NCBI GenBank assembly: GCA_965238075.1
Contig: OZ250173.1
Location: 1,632,001 to 1,696,000, forward strand
From: Candidatus Entotheonellaceae bacterium
Lineage (GTDB): Bacteria > Tectomicrobia > Entotheonellia > Entotheonellales > Entotheonellaceae
Direction of reading: 5' to 3'
DNA: 64,000 nucleotides
How positions within the stretch are numbered: position 1 is the stretch's first letter; each line of letters opens with the position of its first letter. This document shows, piece after piece, positions 1-8,968 of the stretch. The position numbers were made by a program, and so were the translations under genes. The notes beneath the pieces are model-generated. The model was given only the letters and a program-made list of their open reading frames with translations, was not told the origin of the DNA and made no database searches.

Positions 1-603
1 AATTCCTGGAATTGTTGGACAAAGGCGGCACGACGTTGCGGGTCGGCCTTCTTGAGCACTTTTTGGCATTTCTTCCAACTCAGTCTTTGAGCCCGCAGGA
101 CTCGGTGCAAGGTCGTGCGGCTGCATGCGTAGCCGATGACCTGTTCAAGCCAACGTCGCAACTTTTTCAAGGTCCAGGCATGGCCTGGCAGGCCATGGTC
201 GAGCGGGTCGGTCTCGACGACCGTGCGGACGAGTTGATCGAGTTGCTCTTGGCCAAAAGGGGGTGGCGGCCTCCGGTGTGACGATAGATGACGCCCGCGA
301 GGCCGGCCAAATTGTAACGATGCACCCAACTCAGGACGGTCTCCTTGGTATGTCCGATGTGGGCTGCCCAGGTAGTCGCATTGGTTTGCTGAGAGGCGAT
401 CATGTAGAGGGCCAGGAGACGCTCGCGACTGCGTGGATGCTGGGCGTTGACCGCGAGGCGTCGCAAATCAGCCAAGCTGTGACCCCAGGTGTTCAAATCG
501 GGTCGAACCATCGTTTCCTCCGTTTTCGGTGGGGAGAGAGATACGCTTATAGATGGTTCTATCACACAGGGCCTGTCCATAGCCAAAATTCTTGGTCTCA
601 ATA
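1..603 (-). mobile_element. IS630-family element, left part; the transposase is split by a -1 frameshift and runs off the window start
   Basis: HTH ORF from ATG 511 (MVRPDL...RERLLALY...WVHRYN..G..G). The -1 frame continues as a winged HTH (DHGLPGHAWTLKKLRRWL...LHRVLRAQRLSWKK). CCCCCTTTT lies at the junction (263-255), and a TA dinucleotide sits at the putative end (602-603). Confidence 0.8.
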
Positions 604-981
604 GGGATCTACATTAGGTTACGTCAGCATGGACCCGGCGACGTGCTCTCGCCTCAGGCCGCCATTCGGGACCACCAGGCAAACATGCGTGCCATCGCCG
701 ATCGCCTGTGCCGCGTCATGGTGTTGACGCCGGTCGCTCGCCGGGTGCTCGAGAACGACGATGCCCGTCTGACCGTGGAGCTCGACCGATATGTGATCTC
801 GTCCCTGAAGCCTTAGATGAGCTCAGTGGAATGCCCCCTGTATGTGGTCCGGGGTCTATTGGGCTCAGCTCAGGACGACGTGTACTTGCCCCCAACGTTG
901 GACCGGCCTGATGCGGAACTTCCAGTCTTCTCAGGCCATCGGGCAATTGGGTTTGCCCGATGGCTTTCATCAACTCCATCG

Positions 982-1045
982 GGGATTGTTGCCGGTGGCG
1001 CTATGCGGCCGTTCTTCATTGTATTCCCTCCGGCAAGCTTCACAG
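982..1045 (-). mobile_element. IS3-family integrase C-terminal remnant
   Basis: EACRREYNEERPHSATGNNP resembles the IS3 transposase tail motif W..(D/E)YN..RPHS..G..P. Confidence 0.6.
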
Positions 1046-1091
1046 GTAGGTGCCGCGGATCGGGTAGATGCCCGTCCGCAGGCGTAGGGTA

Positions 1092-2006
1092 GCGAGATAT
1101 ACGGGCAAGGTTCGGATGGCCGGGGGGATTGCAAGGGAGCATCGCGGTCCTGCGGTCGAGAAGGCACCCGCTGCCTTCCGTCGGCCTCCTCATCAGGAGA
1201 CGGAACTGGTTGGGCCACCAGCGGTAGCAGCTGGTGCGGTCGGCAAACAGGCCGAGCTTGTTGTTCCTTGATGCGGTTTTCCAGCTCGCCTCGGGCACAA
1301 TAGAGCCGGTCATAGAGGCGTTTCGCCCTGCCGGGCAGGTTCGTCACGAGGTAGCGCGGGTTGGCCCCCTTGGCGGTGTACTTGGCTTTGACGATGATGC
1401 GTCGTTTGCGGTTCCAGCTCGCCGCGGCGTAGAGGAACTCGCCGAACAAGCGCTGCTTGTTCGCAGTGTGCTCAAAGCACCGTCGAGCCTCATCGAGCCG
1501 GGCATTGCGCGCGATGCCAACAATGTAGCCCGCGTCGTGGCGCTCACATCAGCTCAGCATCGGCCTGCGGCAAAACCCGCTGTCAGCGGGAAACACAATG
1601 CGCACCTTCGGCCACCTCTGGCGAAGCCGCTTGACCAGCAGCGCAAGAATCGCCCACGCGTGCTTTGCCCCATCCATCTTGCTCGGCCTGAGGTAACTCA
1701 TCAGCAGTTGGCCTCGACAAAAGACATACAGCGGCAAGAAACAGTAGTGGTCGTAGTATCCATGAAAGAACCGCCCCTACCGCTGGCCGTGTACCCGGTC
1801 ATGCCCGCATCGAAGTCCAGCACCAGCCGCCGTGGGGCACGGGTGATGTTACCACCTTCGAAACTCACCTCGACTCGTCGTCCTTTGCAGCCTGGAAAAG
1901 CCAATCGTTTCTGGATACAGTTTGTCATGGGCAAAGCCTTGTTCGAGTTCAGCCTAAGTAACTCAAACAATCAGGGCTTTGCCCTCTTCTTTCGTGCAAT
2001 ATCCGG
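1092..2006 (-). mobile_element. Degenerate IS1380-family element (transposase pseudogene)
   Basis: Fragments across several frames from ATG 1928: RRVEVSFEGGNIT, LVLDFDA, FFHGYYDHYCFLPLYVF, ADSGF, NPRYLVTNL, YCARGELENRIKEQQ, LFADRTSC..WWPNQFRLL. It carries deletions, stops and frameshifts. The terminal CCGGATATTGCA is at 2006-1995; the lower boundary is approximate. Confidence 0.85.
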
Positions 2007-4682
2007 TTAGGCGTCGGGGGCGCGCGGCAGGCTGACGAGGTTGGCCAGCAGGCGGTAGGCGCCGGGAACGCCGGCGGGAAGTTGGCGGAACAGGGCATAG
2101 GCGCAATAGACGTAGTGGCCGCGACCCAGCCGGGCACGCAGCAACCCGCCGCGCCGGGGCGGCTCGCCGGGGTCGGCGCTTTCCAGCAGGGGCGTCATGT
2201 GCGGCGGCCATTCAGCGAGGAAATAGAGGCCGCGCTCCTGTTGCCAGCCGCTGAAGTCTTCAGTGCCCAGTCGATTCGGAAAGCTCAGGAGCGGGTCGTC
2301 CGCTGCCAGCAGGCGGACCGGCGCGGCGGCTTGGCTCACCCTCGGGGCCGGGCGCGGCAGGCTGACGCCGTCGAAGGGCACGAAGCGGCCCGGGCCATCC
2401 TCGCGCGGCTTGTGATATTGCACCACCACCGTGCCGCCGCCGCCCGCGTAGTCCCACAGCCGGCGGCGATGCGCAGCCAGAGAAGGGCTCGTTTCGAGGG
2501 CCCGCACGCCGACGACAATCGTATCGAATTCCGCCAGACTTCCATTCTGCAAATCATCTTCATCGATCGTTTGGACGCTGACGCCAAGCGCGCTCAGCGC
2601 CTCCGCAACGCCGTCGCCGGTACCCGGCAGATAGCCAACCCGCAAACCGGGCGCCACCTCGACGGGAACGATGCTGACGCACACCTCGGCCGGCGCCAGC
2701 ACGTACCCCGGCTCAAGGTGCGGATAACGCACGTCCTGCCACGATCTGAGCCGTGAGGCGGCCTCGGCGCCCGCCGCCGGAGTGATCTGCTCCTGCCATT
2801 CCACCCCAAACACCCGCTTGCCGGATGCGCCGGAACCGATGGGCAGCGTTTGCTGAACGGTGCGCTGCTCGCCGGCTTGCAGGCTGAGCGCGGCGGATGC
2901 GTGCGCTTCCGGCTGGCCACCGTCGCAGGTGCGCAGAACCAATCGGCCTCGACCGGCGGCATGGGCGTGCAGTTGCACGTCTACCGTCGGCACTGCCGCG
3001 CTGGATGCCGGTATGACAATGAGGCTCGGCGAAACGCTGATGGTGACGGTCGGGCGTACCCGCAGTGGGTGTCGCAGCTCACCGCGGGCGGGGTCCAGTT
3101 CGCGCCACGCAATGGGCGCCGACAGCGGAATGTCCAAGGCCTGCCCTGAACCCCGGATCAGGTCCGGGGCAAGCTTTGATTCAGCGTCACCGGCGTTCAG
3201 CATCGCCCGAACCCGTAGCGGCGGCAACGCGGCGGGCGCCAGGCACGGCAGCTCCTCATCAAAGCGATACAGGTCGGCCTCGGGCGGCAGGCGCAGCCAC
3301 GGCGGCAAGGTGGCCGCCACCGCGGTTGCCTCATCCTGCGGCGCCGTGAGGCGGAAACGCGCCGTAACGCTCCCACCGCCGCACACCTTCAACGGCAGCG
3401 CCGGGCCTTCGAGACACTCGACCTGCCAGCCCGGTTGCGCGTGCGCTTGCAGGGACGACAGGGTGACGTCGCTGTTGCCGCGCAGGAACAGTTCCGCTTC
3501 GACGTCTACGATGCCGCCGGCAATCACGTCGGGCTTCGCCGCCAGCACTTCGAGGGCAAGGCCGTGGGTCTGCAGCCAAGCCGCTTCAATGCGCCGCTGG
3601 CATTCCCGCAAGCGGTCGTGTAGGACCGTGGGCTCGCCGTCGAGCATCCGAATGGCATTCGTGAGCGCGCCAAGCCCGGCGGCGAGCGTGGGAGCCGTCC
3701 GTTCAGGCCGTTGCGGGTGGTAGCTCTCCCAAGCCGCGTCCAGGTGCTGCACGGCGGATTCAATGGCCGCGACGACGTCCGGGCGGTTCAAGGCTTGCCG
3801 GCCAGAGGCCGCCCGCGCCCACGCCTCCAGCCGCACGGGCAGACCCTCCAGCGGGTTGGCGTCCTGGCCGCCGGGTGGCGGCGGGCCCGCCGCCACCCGG
3901 TAGACAACGTGCTGGGCGCCCTTCAGCAGTAGTGCGCCCATGTTCTGCGAGCGGTGCAGGCTGCGGCCCTGCATGGCGATCTCAAAACACGAGCGCCCGA
4001 GGAGCGGATCGAAGCGCCCAACGTGGATGTGCAGATCGTCTGCCGCCTGGTGCGCGGCGTCCCGCACCCGCACCAGGAGGCGCTTCGGCCACCAGGGAGA
4101 CAGCCCGGCCCGGATCTGTTCCGGGAACGCCGCCGCATCGCCGGCCCGTTCGAACGCCTCGCGGGTTGCGGCGCCGCACGCCCGATGATGGCCATGCCCA
4201 TCGATCGGCGTGCCGGTCCATATCGAGATCACCACGTCGGGCTGCAGCGCCCGGATGGCCTGCACGATGCTGCCCACCACACGCTCGCGCGGCCAGTGCG
4301 CAAAGGCATCCTCAGCGCGTTTGGCGTAGCCGAAATCGATGCACGGCGAGAACAGTTGCTCGGCGCCGTCGTAGCGCCGGGAGGCCAGCAATTCGCCGGC
4401 GCGCAACACCCCGAAGGCAGCGCCGGATTCGGGGCCCAGGCAGTTCTGTCCGCCCTCGCCGCGGGTGAGCGACAGGTACGCGGTGCGGACGCCGTGACGC
4501 AGGGTCAACTCGGCGAGCAGGGCGCTGTCCTCGTCGTCCGGATGCGCCCCGACCATCAGGGCGCGCGCCGCCACCGGCAGGCCGCGCAGTGACAGAGGAA
4601 GGGAAACGGCGGTATGGGTCAATGCTGTGTGTTCGGTCACGGTGTTGCCTATGCGTGGGGTGTGAGTTACGAGCGCGGCCAT
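2007..4682 (-). CDS. Large PIG-L/LmbE-family deacetylase with central Ig-like (NEW3-type) domains and a C-terminal glutamine-amidotransferase-like domain
   Basis: Motifs AHPDDED, SLTRGEGGQN, DFGYAK, HGHHRA, RSLHRSQNMG. The C-terminus has VGYLPGTGD...GGTVVVQY...GWQQERGLYF...LFRQLPAGVPGAYRLLANL. Confidence 0.9.
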   Translation of the reverse strand: MAALVTHTPRIGNTVTEHTALTHTAVSLPLSLRGLPVAARALMVGAHPDDEDSALLAELTLRHGVRTAYLSLTRGEGGQNCLGPESGAAFGVLRAGELLASRRYDGAEQLFSPCIDFGYAKRAEDAFAHWPRERVVGSIVQAIRALQPDVVISIWTGTPIDGHGHHRACGAATREAFERAGDAAAFPEQIRAGLSPWWPKRLLVRVRDAAHQAADDLHIHVGRFDPLLGRSCFEIAMQGRSLHRSQNMGALLLKGAQHVVYRVAAGPPPPGGQDANPLEGLPVRLEAWARAASGRQALNRPDVVAAIESAVQHLDAAWESYHPQRPERTAPTLAAGLGALTNAIRMLDGEPTVLHDRLRECQRRIEAAWLQTHGLALEVLAAKPDVIAGGIVDVEAELFLRGNSDVTLSSLQAHAQPGWQVECLEGPALPLKVCGGGSVTARFRLTAPQDEATAVAATLPPWLRLPPEADLYRFDEELPCLAPAALPPLRVRAMLNAGDAESKLAPDLIRGSGQALDIPLSAPIAWRELDPARGELRHPLRVRPTVTISVSPSLIVIPASSAAVPTVDVQLHAHAAGRGRLVLRTCDGGQPEAHASAALSLQAGEQRTVQQTLPIGSGASGKRVFGVEWQEQITPAAGAEAASRLRSWQDVRYPHLEPGYVLAPAEVCVSIVPVEVAPGLRVGYLPGTGDGVAEALSALGVSVQTIDEDDLQNGSLAEFDTIVVGVRALETSPSLAAHRRRLWDYAGGGGTVVVQYHKPREDGPGRFVPFDGVSLPRPAPRVSQAAAPVRLLAADDPLLSFPNRLGTEDFSGWQQERGLYFLAEWPPHMTPLLESADPGEPPRRGGLLRARLGRGHYVYCAYALFRQLPAGVPGAYRLLANLVSLPRAPDA
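3139..3174. repeat. REP-like palindrome inserted in frame in the PIG-L gene
   Basis: Hairpin CCCCGGATCAGGTCCGGGG at 3151-3169, translated as LAPDLIRGSGQA. Confidence 0.65.
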
Positions 4683-4708
4683 TATAACGCCTCAGCGCCG
4701 TGTGGACA

Positions 4709-4750
4709 GGGGTTTGGGAGGTCGGGAGGTTTGGGAGGTCGGGAGGTTTG
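4709..4750 (+). repeat. 17-bp tandem G-rich repeat in a divergent intergenic region
   Basis: (GGTTTGGGAGGTCGGGA)x2 followed by GGTTTG; five GGG tracts. Confidence 0.85.
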
Positions 4751-4871
4751 TGTTATACAAGGAAAGACGCGGGGGCAGTCGGTTTGCTTCGCCAATCCGG
4801 CCTGCGTGTATGCCTGCACAAGTCTGCGATTGACAATGATTCCAACCCACGGGACAAACGACCGGATTCTC

Positions 4872-6026
4872 ATGCGACAACTGAAGGATTTAATGGCCTG
4901 CGGCGAGGGCGTGGCGTTCCTGGCTGAGCGGGATATGTTTGTTTGCGAGGCGGAATTCGCGGCGCGGCTGCAGGCGCCCGCGAACGGGGCGCTGGCGGCC
5001 TATTTTGAGGCTCCGCAAGGCAAGCCAGTATACGCGCTGCAGCAACTCTACACCGATTGTACGCCCTCGATGCTGGACCGCATGGCTCTGCTGCGCGATC
5101 TCGAACAGCGTCCGGCCTGCTTGCCCTTCTTTCTGTGGATCGACACCGACCTGGCCGGCAGCGACCCGCTCATGCTGCGAATGCTGTGGACGGTGTTCGG
5201 CAAGCAGGTTTCGCTGCGCCTTTGCCCCGCCGCCAATGACGTCCGCGAGTTGCGCTTCATCCCCGTTGATTCCGCCGCCGTGCGGGACGCCCTCGCCAAG
5301 CTTGAGGTCTACGTCAGCCAGTCCATTACCGGGCGCAAAAAGGTGGCGCGCGCCCGCATCCGGGAGCGACTGGACACGCTGCGGGATGTCCTCCTGCCGG
5401 ACCCGCCCGCCGCGCACAGTGACCTGAATCACCGATTGAGCTGTTTCCTGCTGAACCACCAGGCTGCGTTGAATCCGCATTCTGTCCGGGTATCCGAACT
5501 CCTCGCCCGCGGATTGCTCACGGCGTCAGCCAACGAATTCATCAACCGCCTCGACGACGCCATCCGCGTTTTCAACGCCGCTGCCGAAACCTTGAGAACC
5601 CAAGGCATCGAGCCGCACGTCAAGCCATTGGCGCCCGACTACCTGCCGCTGCACGTATCGTGCCGCGACTGCCGCCGCCGTTTGCGCCTGCGCCGCGAAA
5701 CGCAGGGCGTCGATCAAGTCGCCGCTGCTCGGTGCCGATGCGGCGAGGCGTACCGTTTTCATCTGGGCGGCAAGCGTTTATCCATCGATGCCATTACCGA
5801 CGCCGCCGACTGGAGTCCCGACGTGTCGCTGACGCTGTTTCTGAACGATTTGGTAAGCGGCTACGTCGCCGGCGCCAGTTCCGGCGCGTACTATGGCCTG
5901 GTGATGGCGGAGGTGCTGCAACAGGTGTTCGGCAAGCGCCGCGTACCCATCCTGCTACCGCGGCTCGACGGCGCCGGAGCCAGCGGCGGCTTGCTGTACC
6001 GTTATCTCATGGAAGGCACGGGATAA
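4872..6026 (+). CDS. Divergent BshC-like protein (putative amide/cysteine ligase)
   Basis: Colinear degenerate BshC motifs: PVYALQQ, LPFFLWIDTD, LRTQGIEPHV, WSPDVSL...YVAGASSGAYY...VPILLPR. It sits 4 bp upstream of bshB1. Confidence 0.6.
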   Translation: MRQLKDLMACGEGVAFLAERDMFVCEAEFAARLQAPANGALAAYFEAPQGKPVYALQQLYTDCTPSMLDRMALLRDLEQRPACLPFFLWIDTDLAGSDPLMLRMLWTVFGKQVSLRLCPAANDVRELRFIPVDSAAVRDALAKLEVYVSQSITGRKKVARARIRERLDTLRDVLLPDPPAAHSDLNHRLSCFLLNHQAALNPHSVRVSELLARGLLTASANEFINRLDDAIRVFNAAAETLRTQGIEPHVKPLAPDYLPLHVSCRDCRRRLRLRRETQGVDQVAAARCRCGEAYRFHLGGKRLSIDAITDAADWSPDVSLTLFLNDLVSGYVAGASSGAYYGLVMAEVLQQVFGKRRVPILLPRLDGAGASGGLLYRYLMEGTG

Positions 6027-6030
6027 GGTT

Positions 6031-6756
6031 ATGGAAGAGGCGTTGGACATCTTGGCATTTGCCCCGCACCCGGACGACGCCGAACTGGGCTGCGGGGGCA
6101 GCCTGATTGCGGCGGCGGACAAGGGCTGGCGGGTTGCGGTGGCAGACCTGACGGCGGGGGAGTCATCCAGCCGCGGCACCCTCGAGCAGCGAGAGCGCGA
6201 AACCCAATGCGCCACGGCCTTGCTTGGTCTGACGGCACGTTTCTCCTTGGGCCTGCCGGACGGCGGCATCGGCACCCACCCGGACCACCGCCTGCCGATC
6301 ATCGAGGTGGTCCGCCAAACGCGCCCGCGTATCGTCCTGGCGCCCTACTGGGAGGACCGTCATCCTGATCACTCGCGGGCCAGCAATCTGGTGCGCGAAG
6401 CCTGCTTCTTCGCCGGTGTCGGCAAAATCGGCGACGGCGAGCCGTATCGCCCGCCACTGCTCTACTACTACCTGCTGCACACGCCTTTTTCGCCGTCGTT
6501 TATTATGGATGTGTCGTCCGTGTGGGAGCGCCGCATGGCCGCGGTGCGGGCATATGAGAGCCAGTTCATGGCGGGCGAGAAGACCGCTACGACGGCCTTG
6601 AGCCGGCCCGGCTTCCTGCGCGCCCTGGAAGCGCGGGCGGTGTGGTTCGGTTGGATGATCGGCGCAAGCCACGGCGAGCCCTTTCTGAGCGCCACGCCGA
6701 TGGCCGTCGGCAGCATGCCGGGTCTGCCGCCGCAAGCCGGTTTTCCCCCGGCTTAG
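6031..6756 (+). CDS. bshB1: Bacillithiol biosynthesis deacetylase BshB1
   Basis: LDILAFAPHPDDAELGCGG, DLTAGESSSRGTLEQRERE, DRHPDH, AYESQF, GWMIGASHGEPF. Confidence 0.85.
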   Translation: MEEALDILAFAPHPDDAELGCGGSLIAAADKGWRVAVADLTAGESSSRGTLEQRERETQCATALLGLTARFSLGLPDGGIGTHPDHRLPIIEVVRQTRPRIVLAPYWEDRHPDHSRASNLVREACFFAGVGKIGDGEPYRPPLLYYYLLHTPFSPSFIMDVSSVWERRMAAVRAYESQFMAGEKTATTALSRPGFLRALEARAVWFGWMIGASHGEPFLSATPMAVGSMPGLPPQAGFPPA

Positions 6757-6885
6757 AGCGGTCTCTGGCGGGTAAACTTCAACTTATCGAAGCGTTTATT
6801 TCGTAGGACATCGAACCAGCGTTTTCGTTCCGCGAGGGTTGGGTTTTTTGCGGTTTTGGCACGCGTTTTCGGTCAAGGATTTGTT

Positions 6886-6970
6886 GTAGGGGATGTAACC
6901 CCCCTTGCCCCCCTGACAAGGGGGGTTGGGGGGTTGCACCAACGCAGTAGCCCCGCCACTCGTGGGCACC
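6886..6970. repeat. GTAG-type REP-like hairpin cluster between convergent genes
   Basis: Nested stem TGTAACCCCCC..CCCCCCT-GACA-AGGGGGG..GGGGGGTTGCA (6894-6938) preceded by GTAG. A second GTAG-led imperfect hairpin starts at about 6947. Confidence 0.6.
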
Positions 6971-7120
6971 TCTTTGTCCAAAGCCTCACGCACCGTCCCA
7001 CATGCTGGCTCTCCGGCGCGGCCGTCCTGCCCATGAGCCTGAACCTATCGCATCGGATGCTCAGGGTTGGTTCGCCCATTGTGGATGCGTGCTGCCTACG
7101 ACTTGCCACCGGCAGCCCGT

Positions 7121-7777
7121 CTAGCGTTTATAGTTCTTCGCATACGCCGGAAGCGCGATACCGGCTCGGAGCTGCGGATCGGCAACCGGCAGTTGTGATA
7201 CCAGGCGTAGCGGCACCTCACCCGCCCAGCAGTCGAGTTGGTAATCGTCCTCATCATCCACTGGCGGCCCGGAGCGAATCTTTGCCGACACCTCTTCCAA
7301 GGGCACCCGTATCACGCTCGTGGCCTTCAGTTCCTGAGCGGACGGTTCGCGGACGTCCTCCCATCGTCCAACCATGACGTGATCGACGATGGCTTTGAGG
7401 GCGGCCATCTTTTCGTCAGAGTCGGTGACCTCCCTCGCCTGGCCGAGAACCACGACGGAGCGGTAATTCATCGAATGATGAAACCCCGAACGCGCCAGCA
7501 CCAGACCGTCCAGCAAGGTGACCGTGACGCAAACCGGCATCCTCCCCCCAATCGCGCCCAGCATCCGGCTCGCAGCAGAACCGTGAAGATACAGATGATC
7601 CTCGATACGAGCGTAGATCGTCGGGATGACATACGGCTGACCGTCAACACTGAAGCCGACGTGGCAGAACAAGCCTTCCGCCAAAATGGCCTCAACAACC
7701 GCGACGTCATACGAAGCCCGCTTCGGCATGCGTCGTATGCGGATGCGCTCGGTTTTCTCGTACTGCGGCATGGACAT
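7121..7777 (-). CDS. Pyridoxamine 5'-phosphate oxidase-like flavin-binding protein (NimA-like)
   Basis: RASYD, CHVGF...QPYVIPT, LYLHGS..SRM, LDGLVLARSGFHHSMNYRSVV, SAKIRSGPP. Confidence 0.9.
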   Translation of the reverse strand: MSMPQYEKTERIRIRRMPKRASYDVAVVEAILAEGLFCHVGFSVDGQPYVIPTIYARIEDHLYLHGSAASRMLGAIGGRMPVCVTVTLLDGLVLARSGFHHSMNYRSVVVLGQAREVTDSDEKMAALKAIVDHVMVGRWEDVREPSAQELKATSVIRVPLEEVSAKIRSGPPVDDEDDYQLDCWAGEVPLRLVSQLPVADPQLRAGIALPAYAKNYKR

Positions 7778-7821
7778 TAACCCTTTTTTCCTTGTGCCTG
7801 CGTGTTCCCGTCTACCCTACT

Positions 7822-8946
7822 TTACGGCTGGTAAAGCGCCTCGTAGGCACGCACGCCCTGTTCGACCCCGAAGCCGCTGGCGTGTCGGATGGCCGCCTGC
7901 CGCATGGCTTCGTGCTGCGCCGGATCTGTCAACAGGCCCACGGCCAGATCAATTGCCTCGGCGTTGTCGCCAAGCGGAAAAAACAGCCCGGTACGGCCCC
8001 GCATCACCACCTCCGGCAGCCCGCCCACGCGCGTCGCGAGCACCGGCACGCCGCACGCCATGGCTTCCAGGGCCACCATGCAGAAACTTTCGTACAGGCT
8101 GGTCACGAGCAGCAGGTCGGCGCCGCGCAGGAAGGGCGCCACGTCGCGCTGCAGGCCCAGATAGCGCACGTCGTCCGCGTAGCAGCTGCGCTCCAGCAGC
8201 GCCCGCACGGCGGGTAGATCCTCGCCGCTGCCCACGAGCCACAACTCGGCGTCCAAACGCTCGCGAATGCCCAGGAAAATGCGCGCCACGCTGGGGGTGT
8301 CCTTGATCGGTCTGAAATTGGAGACATGCACGATACGGAGCGGTCGCGCCGGGTGGGAGGGCGGGGATGTTAGTAGGCATGGTTTGAAGCGCGCCAGGTC
8401 GATGAAATTACTGACCACGCGCGGGCGAGAAGACAGGTTGAACGCCGCGGCAGCCAATTTCGCGTGGCTGAAGGAAACGGTGCTCAGCACGTCGTTGCAG
8501 CGCAAAGCGGCGGCCAGTTTCGGCGCCACCGCGGGGTCCTTGCCAGAATGTGTCACGTCGGTGCCATGCAGCGTGCCGATCAGCCGGGGCGCCGCGTCGC
8601 CCAGGCAGCGGTGCACGTTCTGCGCCACAAAGGCGAACGGCACGGCATAGTGGAAATGCAGCACGTCCAGGCGCTCGGCGGCAATGACCCGCAAAATGTC
8701 CTCGGTGTAGCGCTGCAGATCGCCCTCCGACCAGTCGGTATGCAGGGTTGCCGGGTGCTGGGTATCGGCGGCGTCCGGCAACAGGGTGTGCAGCACCACC
8801 CCATTCGACCGGTCCCAGCCGACCAGCGGCGTCGTGCGGGTGAACAGGTGTACCCGATGCCCACGCCTGGCCAGAGCAATGGCCAATTCGATGCCAATGC
8901 GGGCGCTGCCGCCGAAACTGGCGTGACACATCATGCCAATTCGCAT
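7822..8946 (-). CDS. bshA: BshA-like GT4 glycosyltransferase (N-acetyl-alpha-D-glucosaminyl L-malate synthase family)
   Basis: MRIGMMCHASFGGS, LHFHYAVPFA, TLHGTDVT, HVSNFRPIK, ESFCMVALEAMACGVPV. Confidence 0.75.
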   Translation of the reverse strand: MRIGMMCHASFGGSARIGIELAIALARRGHRVHLFTRTTPLVGWDRSNGVVLHTLLPDAADTQHPATLHTDWSEGDLQRYTEDILRVIAAERLDVLHFHYAVPFAFVAQNVHRCLGDAAPRLIGTLHGTDVTHSGKDPAVAPKLAAALRCNDVLSTVSFSHAKLAAAAFNLSSRPRVVSNFIDLARFKPCLLTSPPSHPARPLRIVHVSNFRPIKDTPSVARIFLGIRERLDAELWLVGSGEDLPAVRALLERSCYADDVRYLGLQRDVAPFLRGADLLLVTSLYESFCMVALEAMACGVPVLATRVGGLPEVVMRGRTGLFFPLGDNAEAIDLAVGLLTDPAQHEAMRQAAIRHASGFGVEQGVRAYEALYQP

Positions 8947-8968
8947 GCCTCACTCCTCTTGTTTTGAA

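Noticed and set aside
592-980. Short ORFs between IS630 and the IS3 remnant
   Set aside because: Possibly the tail of a gene cut by IS630, but no family is recognisable.
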